A stretch of DNA of 64,000 nt from a virus. Made by a program: the position numbers and the translations under genes. Every line of letters begins with the position of its first letter. The stretch's first letter is position 1. The DNA lies in IMG/VR virus record IMGVR_UViG_3300018719_000003, positions 1-64,000 of that record; one strand, given 5' to 3'. A model generated the notes under the pieces. That model searched no databases. It saw only the letters and a list, made by a program, of their open reading frames with translations, and had not been told where the DNA came from. Below are positions 42,934-52,575 of the stretch, in pieces.

Positions 42934-44658
42934 TTATTGCTCTCCCCACGTCAGTGCCACGTTCACATTGGCAGTTCCCCCAGTCAGCGCCCGTGCCATC
43001 ACAATTAACACATCTCCGGGTGCATCTGGAGAAGTTTGTTCGGCTCGTCCTAGCTGCTCTCTTTTGGGTGAAAAGATAGGCTGAAGGTCGATAAATTCTG
43101 AATCATTTGCCGCGCAATAATAAGCACCGAATAGCTTTCCACCATTGGAATCAGCAGGTCTGCCGCCGCTGAGTGAGTAGGTTCCCGTGAAGCTGCTAGT
43201 CGTACCAACTACCTTAAGGTTCTCGTTTGCCCCTGTTCGTGCGTACCACCCCGCTAAGTCAGGGCTTCCAGCACCTTGTAAGGATGTGGGATTTTTGATT
43301 AGGTAGACTTCGACTGGCACACCACCCGTTGCAGAAATACTTAAGCTGATTGGGAACACCCGCGATTTTTGGGGACGGCGTTGCTGTGCGGGGGGAACGT
43401 TAGAGTTAAAAACGAATGACTTAACAGCGATCGCCATCAATGGTCGATATGCAGTCTCTGTTACCGCAGCAATCGGACTACCAAAAGACCCCATCACCAT
43501 CGGCTCAGGGTCGCCACCAGGAATCCAACAAGAAATGCCATACCGACGCATGAAGGCTGCACTACTGACGGTTTCACTTAAGCGATCGCGCCGCTGTGCC
43601 ATCTGTAACGTAATCGGTAAGTTAGGCGACTCCATCGTGGGAACCGGGAGCGTGTCGCCGTGCCGAATCTCGTGAGCTTGCACCCAGCGAGTTGAGCCAA
43701 GTGAGGGAGAATTCTGGTCAGGAACATAGACGTGCCCACTACCACCAGATGCACCGTACCAGCTAAAGCGAGTCAGATACATAGTAATATTGCTGACTTC
43801 GCTGCTGTTCAGCCCAACAACTGGCTTAAGTAATGACAGCGGGTGAGCTGATGTTCCACGGGTGCTTGAACCTGATGGATTGCCATCATTCACAGCACCT
43901 GTCAGCTTGTCTCGATTGAACTGGCTGTAGTGGATAATCTCCTCGAATGTGTCGAGGTCGATTAACTTAGTGTCCCCACCCGTGCCAACTAGGTAAGCGG
44001 GGCGGAAGTGAATAGCAGAACCCAGGGCTACACCAGAAGTGTGAACCCCATTGGTTGAATCAACAACACCAACTATTGTCCCTGCCCGCGACTCTAGCTC
44101 AGTCCCTCTTATCGCAGACGTGCGGCGGAAGAAGTACAGGTCACCTTCCCAGCGAGTTAGAGTAGCATTCCATCTAGTCAAGTAACGCCAACCGTAACCA
44201 TCTCTACGTGAAAAATTTCCCCACTGGTACATAACAGCCGAAGCCGCCGCCCCTTTGTTGACTTGGATGGCGTAGCTGGTATCAATCTCTTTACCAGGCT
44301 GATATTGGAAGGCAAACTTACTTTGCTTGATGATTGCGGAGTCGTTTTGAGCCAGTCTAAACTCAGCCGCTGACACTTCAGGAAGATAGGTTATTGTGCC
44401 TTTGCCACCGTCAGTATCTGAAAACCAGATATTTGGGTCAATACCAAACGAGAGAACGTTTTGGAGGTAGTAAAACGGTTCCTGGTTTACACTGAAGCCG
44501 AATTGATCTGTCTGAAGCTCTGAGATTGGCTTCGTGGCGTCATACGTGGGGATAGGTGATTGGTCAATTGGTAAAACAGCGGGGATTGAATTCTTTGCCG
44601 TTGCCTGTCCTTTGGCAACGGGTTCGTTATACGCAATTACAACTTGTGGATCTGCCAC
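42934..44658 (-). CDS. Large structural-like protein, paralogue A
   Basis: 574 aa. 'TDQFGFSVNQEPFYY', 'SKFAFQYQPGKEID' and 'YQWGNFSRRDGYGW' align with paralogue B. Confidence 0.5.
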   Translation of the reverse strand: MADPQVVIAYNEPVAKGQATAKNSIPAVLPIDQSPIPTYDATKPISELQTDQFGFSVNQEPFYYLQNVLSFGIDPNIWFSDTDGGKGTITYLPEVSAAEFRLAQNDSAIIKQSKFAFQYQPGKEIDTSYAIQVNKGAAASAVMYQWGNFSRRDGYGWRYLTRWNATLTRWEGDLYFFRRTSAIRGTELESRAGTIVGVVDSTNGVHTSGVALGSAIHFRPAYLVGTGGDTKLIDLDTFEEIIHYSQFNRDKLTGAVNDGNPSGSSTRGTSAHPLSLLKPVVGLNSSEVSNITMYLTRFSWYGASGGSGHVYVPDQNSPSLGSTRWVQAHEIRHGDTLPVPTMESPNLPITLQMAQRRDRLSETVSSAAFMRRYGISCWIPGGDPEPMVMGSFGSPIAAVTETAYRPLMAIAVKSFVFNSNVPPAQQRRPQKSRVFPISLSISATGGVPVEVYLIKNPTSLQGAGSPDLAGWYARTGANENLKVVGTTSSFTGTYSLSGGRPADSNGGKLFGAYYCAANDSEFIDLQPIFSPKREQLGRAEQTSPDAPGDVLIVMARALTGGTANVNVALTWGEQ

Positions 44659-44713
44659 TGGTTTCCTGCTCCTTAAATATTGGCTAAAAGTGCGGTCACT
44701 AAGCTTCGCCGAA

Positions 44714-44732
44714 GTGACCGGAGTCTCCGGTC
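44714..44732. repeat. Palindrome family copy P8 (GTGACCGGAG-T-CTCCGGTC)
   Basis: Read directly. Lies between two genes of the minus-strand operon. Confidence 0.9.
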
Positions 44733-44739
44733 GGTTTGA

Positions 44740-45876
44740 TTAAATAAAGTCGCTGACATACCCGTCGAACTTGATAGTGCCCTTCATGATTGCCAGCTTC
44801 TCTCCATCAGCAAGTCTTGCAATCAAGTCGTAGTTGTACTGATTGAGGTGCAGTCCCCTAGTGTCATCAGCGGTGATGCCAATATTCAGTGCGCTAAAGG
44901 GAATCGTCCCGAAGTATGCGACAGCCCCGACAGGTAAGTCTCTATCAGCTTGGTCAAAGGCAAGTGTTGTGCTACCTACAGGTGCAGTGTCTTGTACGGT
45001 AAGCCCAGCTAAGTACTCCCAACCAGCGCCTGTCCTACGAGAGAAGTTCAACACTGTCCCTGTTGGGACGCCTGCGGGTATAGGTGGGACGGTTAGAGTG
45101 TCACCGCCTTGCAATGTTTCAGCGGTCAGGATGATCGCAAAAGCGTCAATGTTTGCGATCGCACCTGCTGCAATATCCTGACCTAACGGCTCAACCGCTA
45201 GTAATCGCCCTCCCAAAGGAGCAACGTCAACAAGGGTTGCGAGTGAAATGCTGCTATTGGTATCTGCAAAAACGAGGGTAGTTTTCGCAGGTAGTTCCCG
45301 TGGCAAGGACTGGGTAAATAGAGTAGTAGCACCCAGAACAGCAGGCGACTCAAGCGCAACTATTTCAGGGGTGAAGGCTGGCGAAACAAAGAAGCTAGCG
45401 TCACTTTTAAACCGAAAGAACACCCGACCTTTTGCAACGTCACGAGTCGCTAACCCCTCCACAAGGATGTTATTAGCGGTCACTGAAAGGATAGGGAACA
45501 TCGTCACCCCCGAACCTTCGAGCGTTACAAAATCGCCTTCATTAATTGGCAATGACTCCAGCTTTTTGATATCCCTGTCCGTTTTGCATTCGCCACTACA
45601 GTCCAATTTCTCAAATTCGAGCTTGATAATGCTGGTATTGACGGCGGCACTGCCTAAGACATTTTTAATTTGCCTGACATCGCCGTTGGGAGGGCGAATC
45701 TCCATTGCAAAGGACGCACCCCTGAAGTCAATTGGGAAGTCTGCGACCAACAGAGAAAAAGTAAAGTCTGCACCTTTGTAAAAACACAAATCTTGGCGAT
45801 GGGGTTTAAATATAGGCTCAAAGCATAAAGCCGGAACCCTTGTATCAGTACCTCTTGTGATAGGTAATGTAAGCAT
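44740..45876 (-). CDS. Hypothetical virion-like protein
   Basis: 378-aa ORF whose start overlaps the upstream stop. Confidence 0.55.
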   Translation of the reverse strand: MLTLPITRGTDTRVPALCFEPIFKPHRQDLCFYKGADFTFSLLVADFPIDFRGASFAMEIRPPNGDVRQIKNVLGSAAVNTSIIKLEFEKLDCSGECKTDRDIKKLESLPINEGDFVTLEGSGVTMFPILSVTANNILVEGLATRDVAKGRVFFRFKSDASFFVSPAFTPEIVALESPAVLGATTLFTQSLPRELPAKTTLVFADTNSSISLATLVDVAPLGGRLLAVEPLGQDIAAGAIANIDAFAIILTAETLQGGDTLTVPPIPAGVPTGTVLNFSRRTGAGWEYLAGLTVQDTAPVGSTTLAFDQADRDLPVGAVAYFGTIPFSALNIGITADDTRGLHLNQYNYDLIARLADGEKLAIMKGTIKFDGYVSDFI

Positions 45877-46430
45877 TATTTTCTACGCCTCGCTGCCATT
45901 TCAATTAAAAGTTTGGTTTTACGATCAACAAGGACTGGCTTGACTTCTTCCTCTACTTCTTCCTCTGGTTCCTCGGCTGCCAATTCTTCACCTTTACGTT
46001 GAGCATCGTTTTGCCCTGACCCTTCGACAAACTCCTCGCGCTGCCAATAATCCGGTTCTTCGGCGCTGCCTTCTCTTGGGTTAAGTTCTGGAGGCGGGAG
46101 TTTTTTTAGTCGCTCAATCTGATTGGGGTTAACGGGCTTATTCATAGGAGGCTGGGATGGATGAGCAGGCACAGATTTAGGCTTGAATTCCTCGAACAAC
46201 TCTGCCCACGTCACCCGTTCACTCATAGGTATCCGAACCGTGACTTCCGGCACAGTTCCGTCAGGCTTCTCAGAAATCAGCAATGCCTGGTATTTGCCCT
46301 CCGGTATGTTTATTTCCTCGAAGTAGCCGTTGAGAACATCTATCTTGGTGATAGACTCCTCGTTTGATAGTTCAAGGGTTCCTGTTAGTGCAATGCCGTC
46401 ATGGATTATTTGTCCTGTAAGTAAAGTCAC
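45876..46430 (-). CDS. Hypothetical protein with an acidic C-terminal tail
   Basis: 184 aa. First gene of the minus-strand operon. Beta-rich N-terminus and an 'EEPEEEVEEEV' tail. Confidence 0.55.
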   Translation of the reverse strand: MTLLTGQIIHDGIALTGTLELSNEESITKIDVLNGYFEEINIPEGKYQALLISEKPDGTVPEVTVRIPMSERVTWAELFEEFKPKSVPAHPSQPPMNKPVNPNQIERLKKLPPPELNPREGSAEEPDYWQREEFVEGSGQNDAQRKGEELAAEEPEEEVEEEVKPVLVDRKTKLLIEMAARRRK

Positions 46431-46588
46431 CTAAAATTAGCCCTACCTTTGCTGGCTGGAGGGTTGTTTTCTCTATTGCAGCTATCTTAAATTGGATGGT
46501 TTTACTGTGGAGGTTTTGCGCCCATAGCGTATACTAAATCGCCCAAAATGTTGTTATTTTGGTAAGGTATGGGAAATTATATTAATCT

Positions 46589-46852
46589 ATGGCGCTTGTA
46601 CTCACCACAGAGGAAGAAAGAATAAATACTGCGATATGTGAGGAGTTCCGTGTGTTGAAGTCTCGACGCAACTGGGATAACAAACAGGTATTGGCGGTAT
46701 TTAGGCACAGAGGGTTGCCAATTAGCCATCGGCGGTTGAGTCGATTGCTCCTAGGACAGCGTAGGTTAACGGCAGCTGAGTTGCTGATATTGGAGAGCGA
46801 GGGGCTGTCAGTCAGCTCGGTCAAGGAATTATTGCAAAAGAAGCCACGATGA
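46589..46852 (+). CDS. Small putative HTH protein
   Basis: 87 aa. 'NWDNKQVLAVFRHRGLPISHRRLSRLLLGQRRLTAAELLIL' looks HTH-like (weak). Confidence 0.4.
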   Translation: MALVLTTEEERINTAICEEFRVLKSRRNWDNKQVLAVFRHRGLPISHRRLSRLLLGQRRLTAAELLILESEGLSVSSVKELLQKKPR

Positions 46853-47094
46853 AAGAAACAGTTCAGGAGTGGCTAGACGTATTCTTCTGGAGGCTTTCGC
46901 TGGTATCGTCGGTTAGTGGGTGGCAAGTGGGTAGAGATTAGAATCACGGCTATCCCGCTTTGGATGTGGACACGCGATCGCCCGTTACTCAAGCACGAAA
47001 CTGAAGTGAAGAGTGAAGAGTATGACAAAAGTTACTGACTTGACTCGACAAAAGAAAAGTACCTCCACCGTATTTCACCCGCTAGGTTTGAGCA

Positions 47095-47119
47095 GAAAAA
47101 AGCCACCCATTGAGGTGGC
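47095..47119 (-). terminator. Intrinsic terminator of 47147..47800
   Basis: The minus strand reads GCCACC-TCAATG-GGTGGC followed by TTTTTT. Confidence 0.6.
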
Positions 47120-47146
47120 TCGTGATTGTCAACGAGAACCGAAATC

Positions 47147-47800
47147 TTAAGCGGCAATTCTGTCTAGCACTTCACCCCAAGGTAATCCCGCGTCAAGCAA
47201 CACCGCTGCCGTGTTTTGTGCCATTGCCAGCCGTGCTAACTTTTCAGGAGGAAGTTTGTCACGAGTCCCACTCTCTACTCCTTGGCTATCCTGAAACTGT
47301 TTGATGTACTTTCCCCACTCACTAGGTTTTGGGTTGACGTTGCGTTGGATAGAGTCAGTTAAGACGGGGTGAAAGTCGAGACGGGTAATCTGTCGCCACT
47401 TTAAAAACTCTTGTCGTTCCTCTTCCTCGAACTTAACTTTGAACGCATCTGAAAAAAGTTGGTGTAGAGATAAGCCAATCAAGTTGTCACAGATAGACTC
47501 CGCCACAGGGTTACCCGCCTTGTCTAACTTGCGAAGCAATCGCTCAAAATCCACAAGAGTTAGTACATTAACAGCTTTAGGATTAAGAGGCGTTTTCCAT
47601 TTTTGGTGGGACTGAAAAACTATGCCTAGCAAGCTTTCTAGCTGTTTAAAGGAGCGGTTTGGTGGGACTAAATCTAGTGCCGCAACTTGAGGTACAGCAA
47701 TACCAAACTCTTCCAGATCTGACCTTAAACCCTCAAAACTTAGATATCCAATATTTACAGGAGCTATAATTGCGCGGATGATAGAATTCTTCATGGTCAT
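47147..47800 (-). CDS. Hypothetical protein
   Basis: 217-aa ORF. Confidence 0.6.
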   Translation of the reverse strand: MTMKNSIIRAIIAPVNIGYLSFEGLRSDLEEFGIAVPQVAALDLVPPNRSFKQLESLLGIVFQSHQKWKTPLNPKAVNVLTLVDFERLLRKLDKAGNPVAESICDNLIGLSLHQLFSDAFKVKFEEEERQEFLKWRQITRLDFHPVLTDSIQRNVNPKPSEWGKYIKQFQDSQGVESGTRDKLPPEKLARLAMAQNTAAVLLDAGLPWGEVLDRIAA

Positions 47801-47973
47801 CTCCTAGGTGTTTTCTAGTTGTTGAGCCAGCGGTTGATTGGTGGTTAGAACGCCAGTCAACCGCGTCGTTTTAATTATCCCACGAATGGCGATCGCACTC
47901 ACCAGTTCTGGCTACTTTTTGATATCTGCGATGTGCCATAGGTTAATGTTTTTACCCATAGCGGGATTATTCA

Positions 47974-49923
47974 GTGACGCTATGGGGTTTTTTAAAGTAT
48001 CTATTTCTGGGGATAGCTAAGATAAACCCTAAACTATGTGACGGGTTATTGTTAGTGAAAATCCTCAAAGAAATTAGGCGAATCGAGTCGAACGCTAACA
48101 ACGACGATTCGCACCGCAATGTAATCAATAAAATTTATTCACAAAAAATCCAAGGTAGTGCGGCGGCAAGCAATGGTGAAGTGCCACCTGAACAGCCAAT
48201 CATCCCCCCTCCACCTGAAGCCAAGCCTCGTGTAGTAGGTTCAGGTTCTGGGACGGAAGCACCACCAGAGCAGCCAGTAACACCCTCTCAGCCTCAAGCG
48301 ACTTCGCTGTTATCTGATGACGAACAGGTGATTCAGGCGATCGCACTTGGGCAGCGTCGTCAAGTCGAAGCTGAGTACTCTGCCAAGGTCAAGGCTTTAG
48401 AGGATCAGATCACTGCCGCGCAAGAGCGGATTGAGCAAGAAGCTAACGCCAGAGAACAAGTAAGGCAAGAATCAGCCGCAGCATTGGAAGCTCAAGAGCG
48501 AAGATTTAAGCTAATTCAAGCGGCTAGCAATGCACTTGGCTTTGGCGATTATGTACCAGGCTTGAACATTGAATCAGCAGCGGTTCCCACGGATTCTTTC
48601 ATTGCCCCAATGTCAATGAGAGGCGGCATCAGCGGAAGCGATGCTGTGCGTGAGTATCAGAAAATTTTTGATGACAAAGCTGCTTCGCCTCGTGTTCAGG
48701 TTGCCAGTCCAACGGGTTCAGTAGAAACCCAGATGGACACTCGTAATCTTGATAGCTTTCTGATTGAAAACCGAGCGTCCTTAGTCAAAGGCTTTGAGAA
48801 TTATGCCAAGAATAAGCTGGGATTACTAAGAGGCGGCAACGTTTCGATGGAGCAGTCAGCCGCTGCCACTGGTTTTAGCAATATCCCCGGCGCATTCCTG
48901 ACATTCCTTTCGTCTGAAATGCGATTGACGCACCAAGCTAGATTTGTCCTCTGGCAGTTCTGCAACAACCGTGTAAATTTGGGTGTTCCTCCAGGGCAAA
49001 CAGCCTCGGTTCCTCGGATGCTGCTACTAGAAGAAGGGGATGTCCCCAGCGACTGGCATTTGCTTCCTGGTGTGCCCTTAACAGACCAGCGCCAGCCGTT
49101 GAATGCCACATCAGAGCCGATTTTCATCAGAGAAAACGGTGTCGGTCGTGATGGGAAAGTTCGCCCAGTATCAATCCCAGAATTCATCACTGCTTACTCG
49201 TTGATGGATTTGTTGACCGTCTTGCGTCAGCGGCTTCGTTATAACTACGAGTTGTTTGAGGACATCTCAATCAGCAATCTTTGGTTTCAATCCACCATCA
49301 CTGCCTACAACAACGGCGGCGACATGGTTTTGACCCCAGCGCAGGTTACGGCTAACGGTGGTGGGCAGTTCACAGTTGATTTTTTGGGTAGCCTTGCCGC
49401 TTATATGGCAGACGAGCTGAAAGTCCCACCTTACGATAACTGCTACGGATTGGTGCTAAACGCGACCCAGCTGGAGCAACTAAACCGCGATCCAAAGTTG
49501 AATGATCGCTGGTATGAAGGCTCACCAGTTAACGAGTTGACGAATTACTTGGCAATGGAGACAGGACAACCGATAACTGGACGAGTCTCTGGCTACGTTG
49601 GAATGATCTCTAACTTCCATATCTTCCGTCAGAACAGCTTTGGTGTTGGTCAACCTGGCTCTCGTGGCGTTCAGACAGAGACGTTAGGCGGTACGCCACG
49701 GACTACAAATACAGCTTTCGCTTTCGGTATGGGAACTGTGGGCAGAGCGCAAGCACTCCCGTTCAACATCCGCGAAATCATTGTCAATGACGGTCGTAGC
49801 CGCGACTTTTATTGGCTCTCACACGAGGGATTTGGAAGCCTCGATGTCGATAGCGCAATCTCACCAGGACAGCAATCACGGGTGATTCAGGTGCGGACGA
49901 GTAAAACAAAAGTGGGGGCGTAA
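47974..49923 (+). CDS. Putative major capsid protein with an N-terminal Pro-rich and coiled-coil scaffold-like region
   Basis: 649 aa. Residues about 110-190 are coiled coil ('VEAEYSAKVKALEDQITAAQERIEQEANAREQVRQE'). The C-terminal 400 aa or so resemble an HK97-fold capsid (by eye), and the gene sits upstream of connector and tail genes. The start codon is uncertain. Confidence 0.5.
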   Translation: MTLWGFLKYLFLGIAKINPKLCDGLLLVKILKEIRRIESNANNDDSHRNVINKIYSQKIQGSAAASNGEVPPEQPIIPPPPEAKPRVVGSGSGTEAPPEQPVTPSQPQATSLLSDDEQVIQAIALGQRRQVEAEYSAKVKALEDQITAAQERIEQEANAREQVRQESAAALEAQERRFKLIQAASNALGFGDYVPGLNIESAAVPTDSFIAPMSMRGGISGSDAVREYQKIFDDKAASPRVQVASPTGSVETQMDTRNLDSFLIENRASLVKGFENYAKNKLGLLRGGNVSMEQSAAATGFSNIPGAFLTFLSSEMRLTHQARFVLWQFCNNRVNLGVPPGQTASVPRMLLLEEGDVPSDWHLLPGVPLTDQRQPLNATSEPIFIRENGVGRDGKVRPVSIPEFITAYSLMDLLTVLRQRLRYNYELFEDISISNLWFQSTITAYNNGGDMVLTPAQVTANGGGQFTVDFLGSLAAYMADELKVPPYDNCYGLVLNATQLEQLNRDPKLNDRWYEGSPVNELTNYLAMETGQPITGRVSGYVGMISNFHIFRQNSFGVGQPGSRGVQTETLGGTPRTTNTAFAFGMGTVGRAQALPFNIREIIVNDGRSRDFYWLSHEGFGSLDVDSAISPGQQSRVIQVRTSKTKVGA

Positions 49924-49926
49924 CTC

Positions 49927-50184
49927 GTGGCATCACGTAAAAAGGTCACTGAATCGGGTGAAATGGTTGACGAGGAGATCCCAGAGGACGCTATCCAGGC
50001 TGCAATTGAACCGAACCCCACGCTTACACCGCCCCCCTCTCCTTCCGAGCCAAAAGACTACAAGTTTTCTCTTGTCAATGGGGTGATGCTCTGCGGTGCT
50101 TGCCAGAGCACTCGCCATACCGACCCCGTAGCACGAAAAGACCTTTGCGCCATTGCCGACCCTGATTGCCCTAGAAACAAATGA
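49927..50184 (+). CDS. Hypothetical protein
   Basis: 85-aa ORF directly after the capsid gene. Confidence 0.5.
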   Translation: MASRKKVTESGEMVDEEIPEDAIQAAIEPNPTLTPPPSPSEPKDYKFSLVNGVMLCGACQSTRHTDPVARKDLCAIADPDCPRNK

Positions 50185-50981
50185 TCCTAACTCTCGACGA
50201 TAAAGCCATTTTCTTCCCTTCAGTTGAACTGGAGGAGAATGCTTTGCTGGGGTTTTTGGTTCGGGCGCAAGCGATCGCAGAATCACCCCTTGGGGCTAAT
50301 CGTCCACTGGAGTTGCAGGAGCATATATTCCATATCGAGATTCCCGCAAGTCTCTTTTACCTACCCAATACGCCAATCGCACTCTTACCAATCCCAGTAA
50401 TAGAGCAGCGGGTAACAAGTAATCCATACCCCCACAGCTTTGGCTATGGAAGACAAAACTGCGGACTATATCCCCATAGCAGGGGAGGCGGCTTGTACCC
50501 ACTTGGCTTGACAAGAGCTAGGGGAAACATGGGCGGGTTAGTCACTCAAGACATTGCCCCTGTCGGCTTTGGTCGTGACGGGCGGCTGATTCCTGTGACG
50601 CAATACGAGGTCGAGTCGGAGTCAGGGCGTGTTGAGCTGAATCACTGGGCGATCGCTACTTCATTAAAAGTCGTTTACACCGGAGGTTATGACTTTTCTC
50701 TTGCTTCTCCTGTGATTTTGGCTATCAAGTCAGCAGTAGCAGCCATCCTCAAGTATCTCCTCTACTCAGACGGGTTGATTGGTGCAGTGCAAGCTGGTGA
50801 CGGTGTTGATGAAAAAGGTGGAAATGGTGGTATTCCGATTGAAATTGACGTAATTGACGATATCAAGGTCAAGTACAGCGATCCAGGTAACGCTGGCAAT
50901 CAAGGTGCAATCGGTCGAGCTTACGATAACGCTTTGGCGTATCTTCGCTCTTTCAACAGGAGACGAGTCTATGCCCACTAG
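50181..50981 (+). CDS. Putative head-tail connector (gp6-like N-terminus)
   Basis: 'LTLDDKAIFFPSVELEENALLGFLVRAQAIAESPLG' resembles the gp6-like connector N-terminus. Supported by position. Confidence 0.4.
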   Translation: MILTLDDKAIFFPSVELEENALLGFLVRAQAIAESPLGANRPLELQEHIFHIEIPASLFYLPNTPIALLPIPVIEQRVTSNPYPHSFGYGRQNCGLYPHSRGGGLYPLGLTRARGNMGGLVTQDIAPVGFGRDGRLIPVTQYEVESESGRVELNHWAIATSLKVVYTGGYDFSLASPVILAIKSAVAAILKYLLYSDGLIGAVQAGDGVDEKGGNGGIPIEIDVIDDIKVKYSDPGNAGNQGAIGRAYDNALAYLRSFNRRRVYAH

Positions 50982-51405
50982 CGTGCCTCGCATTAATACG
51001 TACTGGCTGTATAGCCGATTGACAGCCGGACGTGCCACTGGTCGATTGAGGTTAGTTGAGTATCCCCAAATAGTTCAACACAATCCTTATTCAGTTCCTA
51101 TACCAGAACGCCCTCAGATTATTCTTGATATCCCTTGCGCGGCAATCAAGCTAATCAATGGTGGCAAGTCAGGAGATCGCAATCCATCCGGCAATCTAGA
51201 CGCCAAAATGTATCGGCTGATGGTTAACCGAATTGATGACCCGACTCTCTTTAAGATTGGGAGTTTTGCTGTTGTAACTTGGGCAGAGCAAACCATCAAG
51301 GGAGTGCTAGACCGAGTTGACCCTAAAGCAGTCTCTGAGCGCTTCCACTTGTTTATAGATGCCGCTCAAAATGTTCCCTTTGACCCTGTTAATTTAGGAG
51401 CCTAA
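50971..51405 (+). CDS. Hypothetical head/tail completion protein
   Basis: The internal ATG at 50971 has an AGGAG RBS. Confidence 0.45.
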   Translation: MPTSVPRINTYWLYSRLTAGRATGRLRLVEYPQIVQHNPYSVPIPERPQIILDIPCAAIKLINGGKSGDRNPSGNLDAKMYRLMVNRIDDPTLFKIGSFAVVTWAEQTIKGVLDRVDPKAVSERFHLFIDAAQNVPFDPVNLGA

Positions 51406-51407
51406 AA

Positions 51408-51767
51408 ATGACAGAAATCGCAACAACGATTAGCAAGCAGACAGGGAGTAAAATCAATCCGATCACTCTGGTAGCAGGGGAAAAATACACCTACAAAAAC
51501 ACTGCGTCAACCGTCTTAGTGGTCGAGCATTACAGCGCAGCCGTGCCTGCGGGGGGTGCTGGTATCCATATAATCACCCCTGAAAAAGCAGCGTCTTACC
51601 TAGATATTGAAGACCCAGATTATGTAATAGCACCGGGGGAAGCTAGGGTCTTTGGTGCTTTACCCAGTACAACCTTTGGGTCAGTTGTTGAGTTTATGGC
51701 ACTAGGCGCTGATGTTGCGGCGGGTTTATTAAAAGCCTATGTGCTAGAGGTGCGTTCTTATGGCTAA
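51408..51767 (+). CDS. Hypothetical protein
   Basis: 119-aa ORF. Confidence 0.55.
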   Translation: MTEIATTISKQTGSKINPITLVAGEKYTYKNTASTVLVVEHYSAAVPAGGAGIHIITPEKAASYLDIEDPDYVIAPGEARVFGALPSTTFGSVVEFMALGADVAAGLLKAYVLEVRSYG

Positions 51768-52146
51768 TGTCACCATCAACCAGCAAGCACTAAATAGTTT
51801 TGTTGCAGGGCTAGCCAACCAATTTGGTGAGGCTGTGGGTGACACTGTGCCGTTTGTGCAGTCGCTGACGCCGATTGATACCAAGCGCCTTTATAACAGT
51901 ACCAGAGCAACCGATCCGATAGTGTCAGGCAAGCTGATTGAGTGTGACATCGTAGCGGGTGGTATTTCGCTCTATGGAGAAATCAGAGAACAGGAAATTA
52001 GGCGGGATGTTGATTACGCCTATTGGGTAGAAATTAAGAATCCCTACATTCGCTCTAACCTGCCTGCTATTGGAAGCGAAATTATTGCCAACCTGAAAGC
52101 AAAACGACCGGAGTTCCGGTCGTTAGGAATGGGGAGGCAAAACTAA
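51760..52146 (+). CDS. HK97 gp10-like tail completion protein
   Basis: 'VQSLTPIDTKRLYNSTRA' resembles the gp10-family 'PvdTGrLrnS' motif. Contains palindrome P9 near its 3' end. Confidence 0.4.
   Translation: MANVTINQQALNSFVAGLANQFGEAVGDTVPFVQSLTPIDTKRLYNSTRATDPIVSGKLIECDIVAGGISLYGEIREQEIRRDVDYAYWVEIKNPYIRSNLPAIGSEIIANLKAKRPEFRSLGMGRQN
52105..52122. repeat. Palindrome family copy P9 (CGACCGGA-GT-TCCGGTCG)
   Basis: Read directly. In frame, encoding RPEFRS, 8 codons before the stop of 51760..52146. Confidence 0.85.
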
Positions 52147-52575
52147 ATGCTTTCCACCCCTCCATCTACTGTTGAGCTGAAGTTTGCAATGTGGGCTTGT
52201 GTGCGATCGCATTTGCCTGAAGCTGTCGAGTTGACGAACGCTCACCCAACCACATTGGAAGACATTTTGCTCTCAGGCGGACGGATTGTGATAAGCGAAG
52301 TTGACAATCGCACTATTGCTCGGCAACTAACAACTAACCGCGCATCTTCCCCCGCATTGCAATTTACCGCTTACCACCAGAGCGAACCAATTGCAGGACA
52401 GTTAATGGAATGGGTGGACGAAATAGTGAAGCGTCGGTGTTGCTGTGTCCATATGGAGGGGCAGCGACTAGACCACGTACAGCGTCGGCAATGGTTGCCA
52501 GTCAGATTTATTGGGATTCCCTCGTTATACGTGGGGGCTTGTGTGTTTGAATTTTTTACGCAACGGAGGGGATAG
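52147..52575 (+). CDS. Putative tail terminator / completion protein
   Basis: 142 aa. Called on position only. Confidence 0.35.
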   Translation: MLSTPPSTVELKFAMWACVRSHLPEAVELTNAHPTTLEDILLSGGRIVISEVDNRTIARQLTTNRASSPALQFTAYHQSEPIAGQLMEWVDEIVKRRCCCVHMEGQRLDHVQRRQWLPVRFIGIPSLYVGACVFEFFTQRRG

